Assembly: GCA_038247415.1 (NCBI GenBank)
Contig: JBBRUX010000022.1
Span: forward strand, 1 to 64,000
Length of the DNA: 64,000 nt
Origin: Chitinivibrionales bacterium
Lineage (GTDB): Bacteria > Fibrobacterota > Chitinivibrionia > Chitinivibrionales > WJKA01
Direction of reading: 5' to 3'
In this document: piece by piece, positions 52,156-62,695 of the stretch
Position numbering within the stretch: the stretch's first letter is position 1
Layout: each line of letters starts with the position of its first letter
Notes under the pieces: generated by a model
What the model was told of the DNA's origin: nothing
The model's database searches: none
What the model saw: only the letters and a program-made list of their open reading frames with translations
Position numbers and translations under genes: made by a program

Positions 52156-52461
52156 ATGGCTTCGGATGTTTCTCAGATTACTATCAACTACGAAGAAGAT
52201 GGTGTTACAGTTGTCAAGGAACTCGACAAGCAGGTTCTCTCAAAGGGTGCCTGGGCTACGCTTATTTTCCGCTACCAGCAGTGGGAAGCCGATAAGAGTG
52301 CCTATAGTGCCGATCGCTATACAATACGCCGGTATCGCAAACAGAACGACGAATACCGTCAACAGTCAAAGTTCAATATTTCAAGCGATGAACAAGCTCG
52401 GAAAATTATTGAGGCACTCAATAAGTGGCTTGCCGAAAAGCAACCCGAAGTAGCTGCATAA
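52156..52461 (+). CDS. Hypothetical protein (101 aa)
   Basis: AAGGA RBS, protein-like composition, aromatic/basic strands then a C-terminal helix. Confidence 0.75.
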   Translation: MASDVSQITINYEEDGVTVVKELDKQVLSKGAWATLIFRYQQWEADKSAYSADRYTIRRYRKQNDEYRQQSKFNISSDEQARKIIEALNKWLAEKQPEVAA

Positions 52462-52505
52462 TCCGCATGTACACCGAGCGAGGACCTACAACCTAGGTTA
52501 CTCGC

Positions 52506-53402
52506 TCAAACATCGGTGATAAATGACCTGAACGTTTCGGCTTGATCGTACTCAACCAAAAACTGCTCAGATAAATCATCGATCGCCATATCATTTAAAG
52601 ATATACCATTTGTCGCAAAAAGAGCCCACAGATGAGGATCGGGTATGGGTATTGATTTGCGACCAGATTTTCCAATGGCATTTTTGTGGCACAAAAAATC
52701 GCTTAACGTAATAAGTCCAATAAGAGCAGGCTCCTTTTGAGCCTCCCACGGGCAATGATGATACTTGATTCCTTCAACAATAATACGCGGCAATTTCCAT
52801 TTTTCTGCAAGCCATGCACCCACCTGAGCGTGCCCTGTCCCAATAATTTTTAGTTCTGCTTCGTCGAGCTCTAGAGGGCCTTGGGCAACCGCACTCATAA
52901 CTTCGGCAAATTCTTTGGGTGCATACTGATTAAGAATAATTTTTCCAATGTCATGCAAAAGACCGGCTACAAAGGCTTCGGCTGCAAGACGCGGCCAATA
53001 CTTTCTTGCAAGCATACGTGCGGCAACACCGCATCCAATCGAATGCTCCCAATATTTTGCTACATCAAACCAAAATGAATCGGGGCCACCCTTAAATACG
53101 TCAAGCACCGAAAGCGAAAGTCCCATATCTTTTACGGTATTAAAGCCAAGCACCACAATGGCCATATTGACAGTTGAAATTTCACGCGGGAAACCATAAT
53201 ATGCAGAGTTTGCAAGCTTAAGAATTCTTGCAGTGAGGGCCTGGTCGGTTGATATAAGACGAGCAAGCGATGCAGCAGATGTTTTTGGGTTGTCAACAAG
53301 CTCGATCATTTTAGAAACAACCGTTGGCAACGTTGGAAGGCTTATTATGCTTTCGGTGATGCGCTTTATCTGCTGAACACGTATGCTTTGGGTGTCGTTC
53401 AT
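52506..53402 (-). CDS. HDOD domain protein
   Basis: LPTLP, DQALTARILKLANSAYYG, WEHS, GLLHDIGK, HAQVGAWLAEKWKLP, YHH. Confidence 0.93.
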   Translation of the reverse strand: MNDTQSIRVQQIKRITESIISLPTLPTVVSKMIELVDNPKTSAASLARLISTDQALTARILKLANSAYYGFPREISTVNMAIVVLGFNTVKDMGLSLSVLDVFKGGPDSFWFDVAKYWEHSIGCGVAARMLARKYWPRLAAEAFVAGLLHDIGKIILNQYAPKEFAEVMSAVAQGPLELDEAELKIIGTGHAQVGAWLAEKWKLPRIIVEGIKYHHCPWEAQKEPALIGLITLSDFLCHKNAIGKSGRKSIPIPDPHLWALFATNGISLNDMAIDDLSEQFLVEYDQAETFRSFITDV

Positions 53403-53437
53403 GGTTTTGCTTTATACTAGTAAAGAACTATTCTGAC

Positions 53438-53743
53438 TCAGGCGGAACAATCCACAAACAACCCACTACCCGATGCATTCTCATCGGGAGGTTCATGATC
53501 TGGTGCTGTGGGTTTTTGCTTTGCATCACGAGAGGAGTTTTCTTTTTTGCGATTTTTTTCATCAACAACTTTGCCCTGTGTTTGATCTGCTTCATTGGGA
53601 CGTTTGAGCCTCTGTTGTGCTTCGTTTTCTGCTCGAGTAATAGTGCTTTCGGCTGCAATAGCAGGTACCTTGGTACTTTCCTGACTAATTCTTTCGACCA
53701 TGGAGGTATTTGAGAGCGATGATTGAAAATCTAGTATTTTCAT
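53438..53743 (-). CDS. Hypothetical protein downstream of fliA
   Basis: In operon with fliA, charged low-complexity middle, C-terminal G..VD motif. Confidence 0.65.
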   Translation of the reverse strand: MKILDFQSSLSNTSMVERISQESTKVPAIAAESTITRAENEAQQRLKRPNEADQTQGKVVDEKNRKKENSSRDAKQKPTAPDHEPPDENASGSGLFVDCSA

Positions 53744-53755
53744 TCAGAGCCCCTT

Positions 53756-54520
53756 TTAGGCATTCATTTTTTGAAGAAGTTTTGCCCGTAATTTTAAAAT
53801 CGCTTTTGAATGTATCTGACTAACCCGTGATTCCGAAATATCAAGCACCACACCAATTTCTTTTAGTGTCAATTCTTCGTAATGATACAATGCTACCACA
53901 AGCCTTTCTTTTTCGGGAAGATTTGCAATTGTATCCTTTAAGATGTCTTTAAGCTCTAAAAAGCTGAGTGCTTTGAGTGGGTTTTCTGAACCTGGATCTT
54001 CAAGAGTATCGATTAAACGAATCTCTTTTGAATCGGAGCTTCTATCGGGCATTGCTTCTTCGAGAGAAATTATAGTACTTGGAGCAACGTCTGAAAGCAT
54101 GTTTTCATATTCTTGCTCAGAAATTTGAAGCGCATCGCAGACTTCATCGTCGTAGGGAATGCGCCCCAATTCATTTTCTAAACGAGTATACACCCGTTGC
54201 AGCTCCCGAGATTTCTGTCGAACCGACCGGGGAACCCAGTCTAAGGCTCGCAATTCATCAAGAATTGCACCCCTAATTTTATGCCCTGCAAGAGTTTCGA
54301 ATTTAAAACCGCGTTCGGGCTCAAACGAATCTACCGCTTTAATAAGTCCCATTATTCCAGCACTAACAAGATCGTTTTTATCTACCGATGCAGGAAGGTT
54401 TATTGCAACGCGATTGGCGATATACTTTACTAGATAAGAGTATTCGACAAGCAATTTATCCTTAACTATCTTTGTGGGAGATTCTTTATATTCTTTCCAC
54501 AACTGATCAAGATTTGGCAT
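53756..54520 (-). CDS. fliA: Flagellar sigma factor FliA/WhiG
   Basis: DLVSAG..GL, IRGAILDELR.LDWVPRSVR, ELTLKEIG.VL.ISESRVSQIH. Confidence 0.95.
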   Translation of the reverse strand: MPNLDQLWKEYKESPTKIVKDKLLVEYSYLVKYIANRVAINLPASVDKNDLVSAGIMGLIKAVDSFEPERGFKFETLAGHKIRGAILDELRALDWVPRSVRQKSRELQRVYTRLENELGRIPYDDEVCDALQISEQEYENMLSDVAPSTIISLEEAMPDRSSDSKEIRLIDTLEDPGSENPLKALSFLELKDILKDTIANLPEKERLVVALYHYEELTLKEIGVVLDISESRVSQIHSKAILKLRAKLLQKMNA

Positions 54521-54554
54521 ACGATACCCTCAAAATGTTGATGCCACCCACAGA

Positions 54555-54923
54555 TTATGCGGCAGCGGTTTTACCCGATGATGTCAGTTTAGCTTTGCGT
54601 GTTACGGCATCATGTGTTGAAACACTCGTATCTTCGATAACTACCTTAAGGGCATGCCGTTTCTCAAAAACCCTTTGCGCCAAGCCATTTTCGATAGCCT
54701 CAATTTCATGAACATCGATATCTTCCACAATGCCTTTAAAAATGATATCGGCAATGATAAATCCTGCCACCCACACTAAAATTGCCCCTAGTAAAGCTTT
54801 CCCACCCGCAATCAAAAGAGGTTCCATGCCAAACGGATCTGAATAATCCAGGCCGCAGAAAAAGAAAACAAAAAAGCTTCCTGTTCCCAATATCCAGGCA
54901 CTGCGTGATATCCAAAATTTCAT
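54555..54923 (-). CDS. Hypothetical 2-TM membrane protein
   Basis: Two hydrophobic helices, ATGA overlap with flhG stop. Confidence 0.7.
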   Translation of the reverse strand: MKFWISRSAWILGTGSFFVFFFCGLDYSDPFGMEPLLIAGGKALLGAILVWVAGFIIADIIFKGIVEDIDVHEIEAIENGLAQRVFEKRHALKVVIEDTSVSTHDAVTRKAKLTSSGKTAAA

Positions 54924-55807
54924 GATGCCGTAGCTCCTCCGACACTAAAAAAGCGCTCAAAAAAACTGCGTTTGCTAACAAGAACGCTTCCGCTTAATTT
55001 TTGAGCGATACCATCAATTTCTTTGGAAAATACTGCCAAAGGCTTTTCTAAAAACAGCACCTTCTGGCGTCTCACAAGCCGGGCAATCTCGGGATCGTGC
55101 GGTAGTATCCCCAAGAGCGACAATGGCTTATTAAGGAATTTTACCACAAGTGAGTTCAACGTGTCAAATGCCGCTTGTCCATCAGCCTGCGATGAGGCCA
55201 TATTCACAATAATTTTAGGGGGAAGATTTCGCTTGGCGTGCATAACTTTAATAATAGTATAAGCATCTGCAAGAGACGTTGGTTCTGCGGTAATAATACA
55301 CAGGGTCTCGTCGGAGAGGGTTCCAAACTTGATGGTAGTTTCTCCAATCCCCGCACCAGCATCGATTATTATAAAATCAAACCTCGTTTCCAGTGCCGAA
55401 AGCATCTCTAAAAGCGCTTTAATTTTTTCAGGCCCGAGCGTTGCCATAGCAGCAATACCCGTTCCTCCCGGAGCAATGGTAAGCCCATGGGGACCAGCAC
55501 AAAGGATATCTTCGAGGGTAGCTTCTCCAATCGCTACATGCGACAAATTGAGGCGTGGAGCAATACCTAAAAGAATGTGTACATTAGCGAGTCCGATGTC
55601 TGCATCAAACAGTAACACCCGTTTAGATCGTTTTGCAAGCGCAAGCGCAATCATAAGAGCACAATTAGATTTGCCAACCCCACCTTTGCCAGAGGCAATG
55701 GTAATAACCTTGGCACGTTTTTTTTGCACATCGGTTACATTACTTGACATCTCACCAAGCCGGGAAGATTGCGCCAAATCTCTGAGGTTTTGAGCCTGGT
55801 CACTCAC
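54920..55807 (-). CDS. flhG: FlhG/FleN MinD-family ATPase
   Basis: SGKGGVGKS, DADIGLAN, IDAGAGI, EPTSLADAY, follows flhF. Confidence 0.92.
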   Translation of the reverse strand: MSDQAQNLRDLAQSSRLGEMSSNVTDVQKKRAKVITIASGKGGVGKSNCALMIALALAKRSKRVLLFDADIGLANVHILLGIAPRLNLSHVAIGEATLEDILCAGPHGLTIAPGGTGIAAMATLGPEKIKALLEMLSALETRFDFIIIDAGAGIGETTIKFGTLSDETLCIITAEPTSLADAYTIIKVMHAKRNLPPKIIVNMASSQADGQAAFDTLNSLVVKFLNKPLSLLGILPHDPEIARLVRRQKVLFLEKPLAVFSKEIDGIAQKLSGSVLVSKRSFFERFFSVGGATAS

Positions 55808-57033
55808 AGGGAACCTTCCAATAACCGCTGTATAAAACGAGGTGCTTTGACAAGCTCGATATCATCGGGGACGCTTTGCCCTGTGGTAAAGAAAGATACG
55901 GGCATTCGGCTGGTATTAACTATATTTAAGATATTTCCCAACTTATTTGTTTCGTCTAATTTTGTAAATAAAAGTCTATCTGCTCCCAGTGCATGATACC
56001 GGGTCACAATATCTTTGAGGTCGGAATCTTTGGTTGTTGCCGATACCACCAGATGAACTTCATGTGGCGCCAATTGGCCAAGAAACTGTTCGAGCTCATC
56101 CATATGTTCCTTGTTTTTCTGACTTCGACCGGCAGTGTCTACAAACACAATATCATCGTTTGCACATGCTGCCAATGCTTCTGGCACTTCCGAAGGCGAA
56201 AATACAACCTGGAGCTCTACATTGACAATATCGGCAAACGACTTCATTTGATCGATCGCAGCAATGCGATAGGTATCGGCAGTTATAATAGAAACTTTGC
56301 GCTTGCCTTTTAAAACAGAGTGCGCAACAAGCTTGGCAATGGTTGTTGTTTTGCCTGCTCCGGTTGGGCCAACAAATGCAACTATCCTGCGCGTGTTTTT
56401 CTCGTATCCTATGGGACCCGCGGTTGGAAAATATTCTTGTACCGCATTAAGAAAGGTCTCGTCTACCAGGGCATCTGCAACTTCATATTTCATGCGAATA
56501 GCAGCAATCAGATCTCGCGCGGTTGAAGGGGCAACTTCTGCATCTATCATTTTCTTACACAAACAATCCCAACGATTCTCTGGCGACATTTCTTGGGCTG
56601 GCTCAGTTTTAAGAAGCGCACTTTTAACGATCTCTCGTAATTCCCGAATTTCATCTTTTAATTCATTCATGCGGACCACATCTTGACTACCGATAGCTGG
56701 TATAACAACGGTGTCACGTATTGGCGAAGCAGATGCGCTTTTTTCACGCCCAATCATCCAGGGAGCAGCAGTAATAACGGGAGTGCGGGTTGTGAGCGGT
56801 TTAGGCCTTTCGTATGCTTCACTTTTGCGAGAGAGCGTGATTGGCTTTGGCCGAAGCGGCAACACATCATCATCAATTGCAGCGGTGACCTCTATCGTGT
56901 CCCCCGATCCCATACCAAAGAGTGGGCGTGGCAATTGGGTAGTTTTTAAGATGACGGCATCTTCACCCAGATCGGCTTTGATTTGAAGCAATGCTTCTTT
57001 CATGCTTTTTGAAGAATATTTTTTTATGCGCAT
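55804..57033 (-). CDS. flhF: Flagellar SRP-type GTPase FlhF
   Basis: MKEAL..IK.DLG.DAVIL, GPTGAGKTTT, DTYRIAA, DTAGRS, TKLDET, GQSVPDDI. Confidence 0.95.
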   Translation of the reverse strand: MRIKKYSSKSMKEALLQIKADLGEDAVILKTTQLPRPLFGMGSGDTIEVTAAIDDDVLPLRPKPITLSRKSEAYERPKPLTTRTPVITAAPWMIGREKSASASPIRDTVVIPAIGSQDVVRMNELKDEIRELREIVKSALLKTEPAQEMSPENRWDCLCKKMIDAEVAPSTARDLIAAIRMKYEVADALVDETFLNAVQEYFPTAGPIGYEKNTRRIVAFVGPTGAGKTTTIAKLVAHSVLKGKRKVSIITADTYRIAAIDQMKSFADIVNVELQVVFSPSEVPEALAACANDDIVFVDTAGRSQKNKEHMDELEQFLGQLAPHEVHLVVSATTKDSDLKDIVTRYHALGADRLLFTKLDETNKLGNILNIVNTSRMPVSFFTTGQSVPDDIELVKAPRFIQRLLEGSL

Positions 57034-59129
57034 CAATTCACTTGCTTGGTGTCAAGGGTTATCATACCAGACGAACGGACTTCAATGCCGGGAACGATTT
57101 CATTATACGAAAGAATGATAAGATCCCGCAAACTGCTTTCTGTAATCTTTTTAAGCTGTCCTCGGATAGTTGGCGCACACAGGACAAGCGGCAATTCTCC
57201 TTTTTGTTTCACACTATCAACTTCTTTACCAATTGCTTCTAGAATTCTTTGGACATCGGTGGGTGAGAGCGACAACCGATATGCCCCATCACCGTCTGTC
57301 ATACTACCCTCGAGCTTTGCTTCAAGATTCGGATCGAGCGTAATAACCGGAATAATGCCAGAATCATCTTTATAAATTTCACATATCTGCGGAGCAAGCG
57401 CATTGCGAACATACTCTGTAAGAATATCGGTGTTTTTATTGCGCGGCGCAACATCTGCGAGCGTTTCCAGAATAACAAGAAGATCCCGAATGGGCACTCG
57501 TTCGCGCAATAAATTTCCTAGAACTTTATGAACTTCGCCAACAGTAAGGATTGACGGTATCAATTCGGTTACTACCGTAGGTTGTTTTTCTTTAATTGTG
57601 TCAATTAAATTCTGGACATCCTGTCGCGTGAGCAGGTCGTGTCCGTGCCGTTTTATAATTTCGGTAAGATGCGTAGCCAGAACAGCAGGCAGCTCTACAA
57701 CCGTATAACCCGCAATTTCTGCTGCTTCTTTTTGGCTTTCTGTAATCCAGAGCGCAGGCAGACCAAAGGCTGGTTCAACCGTTTCGATACCCCGCACCTT
57801 GCGCGTTGTTGTACCTGGATCCATTGCCAGATACGATCCACTCATAAGCTCACCTTTACCAACAGGTATTGTTCGTATTTTAACCCGATACTCATTTGGT
57901 TTAAGTTGAATATTGTCACGTATCCTTATGGGGGGAATAATTATTCCCATTTCGGTGGCAAGCTGCCGACGTATCATCGTGATCCGATCGAGAAGATCCC
58001 CACCTTGATTTTTATCTACAAGCGAAATGAGCCCATACCCGATTTCAAGTTCCATAGAATCGACATGTAAATAATCTTCTACTCTTTCTTCGGCTGGCTT
58101 GGGAGCATTTAATGGTTCTTCCAATTTTAGCTTCTCTTTTTTCTCGCGCACCGTGCCAAGATATGCTGCCCCAAGAATAGAAGCTCCTAAGAGAAGAAAT
58201 GCAATTTTTGGAAATCCAGGAACTGCAGCAAAAAGAACCATAATACTACCTGCTACGGCAAGCACTCGAGGATTTTTTAGCAATTGTCCACTAATTTCGC
58301 TCCCAAGATTATTGCGCGATGCTGCACGACTTACTAAAATACCAGCACCGGTAGAAATCATGAGTGCTGGAATTTGTGTAATAAGACCATCGCCAATAGT
58401 TAAAGTTGTGTAGAGGTGTAGGGCTTCCATCCAATCGCGCCCTTGCATTGCAACACCTATCACAAAGCCGCCAATAACATTTATTACAAGAATGATAATA
58501 CCGGCAACAGCATCACCACGCACAAACTTGGAAGCTCCATCCATTGCTCCATAAAAATCTGCTTCTTGCGATATTTTAGCGCGACGCGTACGAGCTTGCT
58601 CTTCGGTAATAAGACCAGAATTAAGATCGGCATCGATTGCCATTTGTTTACCAGGCATGGCATCCAAGGTAAAGCGTGCCGCAACTTCTGCAATACGAGT
58701 TGCACCTTTCGTGATAACAATAAACTGGATGAGCACAATGATAATGAATATTATGAAACCAACAATAGGGTTTCCAGCGGTAACAAAATTACCAAATGCA
58801 AAAACAACCGCACCAGCATCACCTTGAGTTAATATAAGCCGCGTTGTTGCCACATTGAGCGACAACCTAAATAACGTGACCACAAGCAATAACGATGGGA
58901 AAACCGAAAAATCGAGCGGTTCATTGTTATACATAGTTGACAAAAAGATAATAAGTGCCAAGGCCAAATTAAAAGAGAGCATAATATCCATGAGAAACGT
59001 AGGCATAGGAACAACCATGACCACAATAATAGAAACCACCCCCAGCACAATAATAAGATCGCGCTGGCGCGAAAGTGCCGAAAAGAAAGGATTCTGGAGT
59101 GTGGAGGTGATCGAATTAGTGATATTCAT
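57033..59129 (-). CDS. flhA: Flagellar export gate protein FlhA
   Basis: RIAEVAARFTLDAMPGKQMAIDADL, FYGAMDGASKFVRGDA, IGDGL..QIP. Confidence 0.97.
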   Translation of the reverse strand: MNITNSITSTLQNPFFSALSRQRDLIIVLGVVSIIVVMVVPMPTFLMDIMLSFNLALALIIFLSTMYNNEPLDFSVFPSLLLVVTLFRLSLNVATTRLILTQGDAGAVVFAFGNFVTAGNPIVGFIIFIIIVLIQFIVITKGATRIAEVAARFTLDAMPGKQMAIDADLNSGLITEEQARTRRAKISQEADFYGAMDGASKFVRGDAVAGIIILVINVIGGFVIGVAMQGRDWMEALHLYTTLTIGDGLITQIPALMISTGAGILVSRAASRNNLGSEISGQLLKNPRVLAVAGSIMVLFAAVPGFPKIAFLLLGASILGAAYLGTVREKKEKLKLEEPLNAPKPAEERVEDYLHVDSMELEIGYGLISLVDKNQGGDLLDRITMIRRQLATEMGIIIPPIRIRDNIQLKPNEYRVKIRTIPVGKGELMSGSYLAMDPGTTTRKVRGIETVEPAFGLPALWITESQKEAAEIAGYTVVELPAVLATHLTEIIKRHGHDLLTRQDVQNLIDTIKEKQPTVVTELIPSILTVGEVHKVLGNLLRERVPIRDLLVILETLADVAPRNKNTDILTEYVRNALAPQICEIYKDDSGIIPVITLDPNLEAKLEGSMTDGDGAYRLSLSPTDVQRILEAIGKEVDSVKQKGELPLVLCAPTIRGQLKKITESSLRDLIILSYNEIVPGIEVRSSGMITLDTKQVN

Positions 59130-59138
59130 GGTATGCTT

Positions 59139-60548
59139 CTATTGTACCGTAATAATAATTTTTTTGCGAATCGATTTTCTGTTTCGTTTATCAGCAGCAG
59201 ATACATAAATAGTGTCAAGCGATGCTGAGTCTGGTGACACATAGGTTAACCGCGAAGTCATCGATAGGCTCTTTGAACGCATTATCCACGAATATGCAAT
59301 GGTATCTCCAAATTTAGTATCGGAATCGGTTGCATACCCTTGAAAAAATATAGTATCTAAGACAGGATTTTGTATCCGATAGAGCGTATCGGCGCCACGA
59401 AACACCGAATCGAGAAGTATGCCTTTAACACGGATACTATCAATCACCGGAGGAATAATAGGATTTCCGTGCACCACTTCTATTTGACGAACAGCACTAT
59501 CTCCCTTGGCATCACGAACCGTTATACGCAGTGTGTCGATTATAGCCAATGAATCAATAAGTGTAGTATGGGTTGTGGATGTATAATAGCGTACTTTTCC
59601 GGCGGTATCTGCCGTAAAATTGAGGGGTTTCTTTACTTTATACGCAAACGTAATAATTTGGGCTTCGGGGTCCGATGCATAGACTCTCATTTTAATGGTA
59701 TCCAGAGCCATGCGTTGATATCGCAAGAGTAGAGATGACGACTTGAACGTCGTATCGCCGCATACGATACTATCAAATACCGGTGGAAGATTGGCAGCAC
59801 CACGGTGCATAATCAGCGCCCGGGTATCATTTCCACCATTGGCATCCATAACTTTACAAAAAATTGTATCGGTAAAGACTCCGCTCAGGGGAGGAGTGTA
59901 CGTAATTGCCCAGGGGTTAGAGGGCACATCAATTACCAGTTTGGCCGAAGCAGAATTCCATAGTATATTGAGAACCTTATCGTTGACATCTGTGGCAAGT
60001 ACGCGAATAGCGATACTTTTAGCGGTATCAACTTCATATACTAAAGGCGCGGTGCGTGCTGTAATCACCTTTGTGCCAATTGTCACCGTTTTAATTTCGG
60101 GAGCAATATTTCTCACAGTAATCTTTACGCTATTAGAACGCAACCGACCACCCCCAACCGATACATACACCGAATCGAAAAATGATGTATCTCCGCTTAT
60201 TATTCTGTGTGTTGGAAATGCACTCCAATACAACCGATATACTGCATGGGTAACCTGCGAGCCAGGACGCATTGAATCGGGAGGTAGTACAAAAGCACTT
60301 CCTAAATGCCAACCAATTGCAGAATCGACAACAGCTTCCGGAAGCGTTACAATAGCTTCTATTGGGTACCCCGAATAAATAGCATCGATTCTCCCATCAA
60401 TTTCAAGCGCTAACGTTATAGTCATAGACGCATCAACGCCAGAGGGTTTAGTTACGCACGTTACGAGCGTACATGCAAAAAATCCGGCTAAGCACAATGC
60501 TACTTTAAATGTGCGACGAGGTAGTACCATAGTGTGAATTCCTATCAT
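59139..60548 (-). CDS. Putative lipoprotein with Ig-like beta-rich repeats
   Basis: Signal ending LVTC, repeated (N/I).PP..DSI...D...A.D.D modules, ATGA overlap with flhB stop. Confidence 0.75.
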   Translation of the reverse strand: MIGIHTMVLPRRTFKVALCLAGFFACTLVTCVTKPSGVDASMTITLALEIDGRIDAIYSGYPIEAIVTLPEAVVDSAIGWHLGSAFVLPPDSMRPGSQVTHAVYRLYWSAFPTHRIISGDTSFFDSVYVSVGGGRLRSNSVKITVRNIAPEIKTVTIGTKVITARTAPLVYEVDTAKSIAIRVLATDVNDKVLNILWNSASAKLVIDVPSNPWAITYTPPLSGVFTDTIFCKVMDANGGNDTRALIMHRGAANLPPVFDSIVCGDTTFKSSSLLLRYQRMALDTIKMRVYASDPEAQIITFAYKVKKPLNFTADTAGKVRYYTSTTHTTLIDSLAIIDTLRITVRDAKGDSAVRQIEVVHGNPIIPPVIDSIRVKGILLDSVFRGADTLYRIQNPVLDTIFFQGYATDSDTKFGDTIAYSWIMRSKSLSMTSRLTYVSPDSASLDTIYVSAADKRNRKSIRKKIIITVQ

Positions 60549-61606
60549 GCTGCACGTTTTAATCTGAAAACATATGCAAGGATCTCTGCAACTGCATTAA
60601 AAAAATCTACCGGCACATCATCGCCTACATTTACTTTATCGTACATGGCCCGCGCGAGCGGTTTATCTTCTACAATTGGGATAGCATGCTCTGCAGCGAT
60701 GCTTTTAATTTTTTGGGCTATAAGCCTTTTACCCTTTGCAATAATCTTAGGAGTTTCCATTGTTTCTGGCGTATACATAATAGCAATGGCCAGATGGGTT
60801 GGGTTTGTAACCACAACAGTAGCTTGCGGTATCGCAGACATCATGCGTCTTCGAGCCATTTCACGCTGAAGTGACCGTATACGACCTTTTATGTGGGGAT
60901 CTCCCTCCATCTGCTTGCGTTCTTCCTTTACTTCTTCCTGGGTCATTTTAAGACTCTTCTCAAATTCAAACCGCTGATATAAATAATCCAGAAGCGCAAT
61001 TACAATAAGCACTAAGATAATTCGCCATACTATGGTATACGTAAATTTTATCGTAAAAAGCCATATCCCTCCCACCGATGCATCTGCTAATGTCAAGAAT
61101 TCGGAATAACGTGGTGCAATTGATGCATAGGCGACATACCCAATAATTCCTATTTTAACAAGACTCTTAATAGTTTCAACAAGCGATCTCATCGAGAATA
61201 ACCTGCCAAACCCGGCAATTGGGTTAATTTTTTCGAGTTTTGGTTGTAAAGGCTGCAACGTAAATAAAAAACCAACTTGAATTAAATTAGCCACCACCCC
61301 AATCACCATAACACCAAGCACAACCGGCAAACTAACTTTAGCGGTAACCCAAATAAGATCGTTAACACACGCTACAAGAGAAGCATAATCCATACGGGGA
61401 TGAGAAATCATTCGAATATACCGAAGCGTAATATCGGTTATATTTTCCATCATCCACTCGCCACAGGTCTGGAGTAGAAACATACTCGTAATTAATACCA
61501 AGACCGAATTTACTTCGGAAGATTTTGCTACTGTGCCTTTTTCCCGCGATTCGGATCTGCGCTTCTCGCTGGGGGCTTCGGTTTTTTCCTGTGCACTATC
61601 AGCCAT
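60545..61606 (-). CDS. flhB: Flagellar export switch protein FlhB
   Basis: EKTEAPS.KR, KMT..EVKEE.KQ.EGDP, NPTH autocleavage site. Confidence 0.97.
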   Translation of the reverse strand: MADSAQEKTEAPSEKRRSESREKGTVAKSSEVNSVLVLITSMFLLQTCGEWMMENITDITLRYIRMISHPRMDYASLVACVNDLIWVTAKVSLPVVLGVMVIGVVANLIQVGFLFTLQPLQPKLEKINPIAGFGRLFSMRSLVETIKSLVKIGIIGYVAYASIAPRYSEFLTLADASVGGIWLFTIKFTYTIVWRIILVLIVIALLDYLYQRFEFEKSLKMTQEEVKEERKQMEGDPHIKGRIRSLQREMARRRMMSAIPQATVVVTNPTHLAIAIMYTPETMETPKIIAKGKRLIAQKIKSIAAEHAIPIVEDKPLARAMYDKVNVGDDVPVDFFNAVAEILAYVFRLKRAA

Positions 61607-61615
61607 ACAATTCGC

Positions 61616-62401
61616 CTATGCCATAAGGTAAATAAGCTTCCACACATCAAGCATAAGCGCATCTGTCATTTTTCTAAATACGCCTGCAATATACGGGAAC
61701 GCAATAATAGTAGTAATCATGCCTAAAATGATCGAAAGCGGAACACCAATAAAAAAAACATTTATTTGTGGAACGGTTCGAGCAATAACACCCATGGCAA
61801 TGGTAGTAAGAAACAATGTTACAAATACCGGTGCCGATAATTTGAGTGCCGAAACAAATATCCCCGAAATAACCGTGGTTAAAAAAGAGACCATTGCAGC
61901 ATCGGGCATTTTAACGCCGGCCAAGGGAATCACTTCAAATGTTTTTTGGATTGCCAGCAAAAACACATAGTGCCCATTCAGTAAAAGAAAAAAGATACTA
62001 AAAATCAAGATATACAATTGTCCGAGAACAGTAACTGGCTCTTCGGTAAAGGGGTCATTGATTTCTGCAAATGCAAAGCCCATTTGCGTATCGATAAGCC
62101 TTCCTGAATATTGAATTGCTGTAAACAAAAACGAAGTAACATATCCGATAAGAATACCAACAAAAACTTGCTGAAACACAAGGTATACAAAAGGAACAAG
62201 GCCTACGGGCGCCAAGGGTACCGAATGCGCAAGAATTGCAGGAAACAAAATAATGGCAAGCGTTCCCGCCAACCCAGTCTTTAACTGAAACGGAATACTT
62301 TGAGAGCCAAAAAAAGGCATAAGCGCAATAATAGAAAGTATTCTGACAAATACAAGCAGAAACATCTCTATTTGATCCACGTATACCGATGCAAAATTCA
62401 T
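61616..62401 (-). CDS. fliR: Flagellar biosynthesis protein FliR
   Basis: Multi-TM, G.LID.QMGF, R.VPQINVF.IG.P. Confidence 0.94.
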   Translation of the reverse strand: MNFASVYVDQIEMFLLVFVRILSIIALMPFFGSQSIPFQLKTGLAGTLAIILFPAILAHSVPLAPVGLVPFVYLVFQQVFVGILIGYVTSFLFTAIQYSGRLIDTQMGFAFAEINDPFTEEPVTVLGQLYILIFSIFFLLLNGHYVFLLAIQKTFEVIPLAGVKMPDAAMVSFLTTVISGIFVSALKLSAPVFVTLFLTTIAMGVIARTVPQINVFFIGVPLSIILGMITTIIAFPYIAGVFRKMTDALMLDVWKLIYLMA

Positions 62402-62402
62402 A

Positions 62403-62672
62403 CTACCGTGCGATCGTTGGAATGAGGTTAAAAAGATTTACCGTATAGTCGACAAGCTTAATAAGTATCCATGGCAACATGAGAAGCAAAAGTCCTACCA
62501 TTACCATAATTTTAGGGATAAATGTCAGTGTCATTTCATGGATCTGAGTAACAGCCTGAAAAATACCAATAACAAGTCCCACCACAAGGCCTGCAACCAT
62601 GAGTGGACCTGAGATAAGCAGTGTTATCCAAATTGCTTGACGACCTATATCAACGACAGCCATCGCATCCAT
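62403..62672 (-). CDS. fliQ: Flagellar biosynthesis protein FliQ
   Basis: FQAVTQIHEMTLTFIPK. Confidence 0.96.
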   Translation of the reverse strand: MDAMAVVDIGRQAIWITLLISGPLMVAGLVVGLVIGIFQAVTQIHEMTLTFIPKIMVMVGLLLLMLPWILIKLVDYTVNLFNLIPTIAR

Positions 62673-62695
62673 GACAAAAACTCCCTATACAAACT

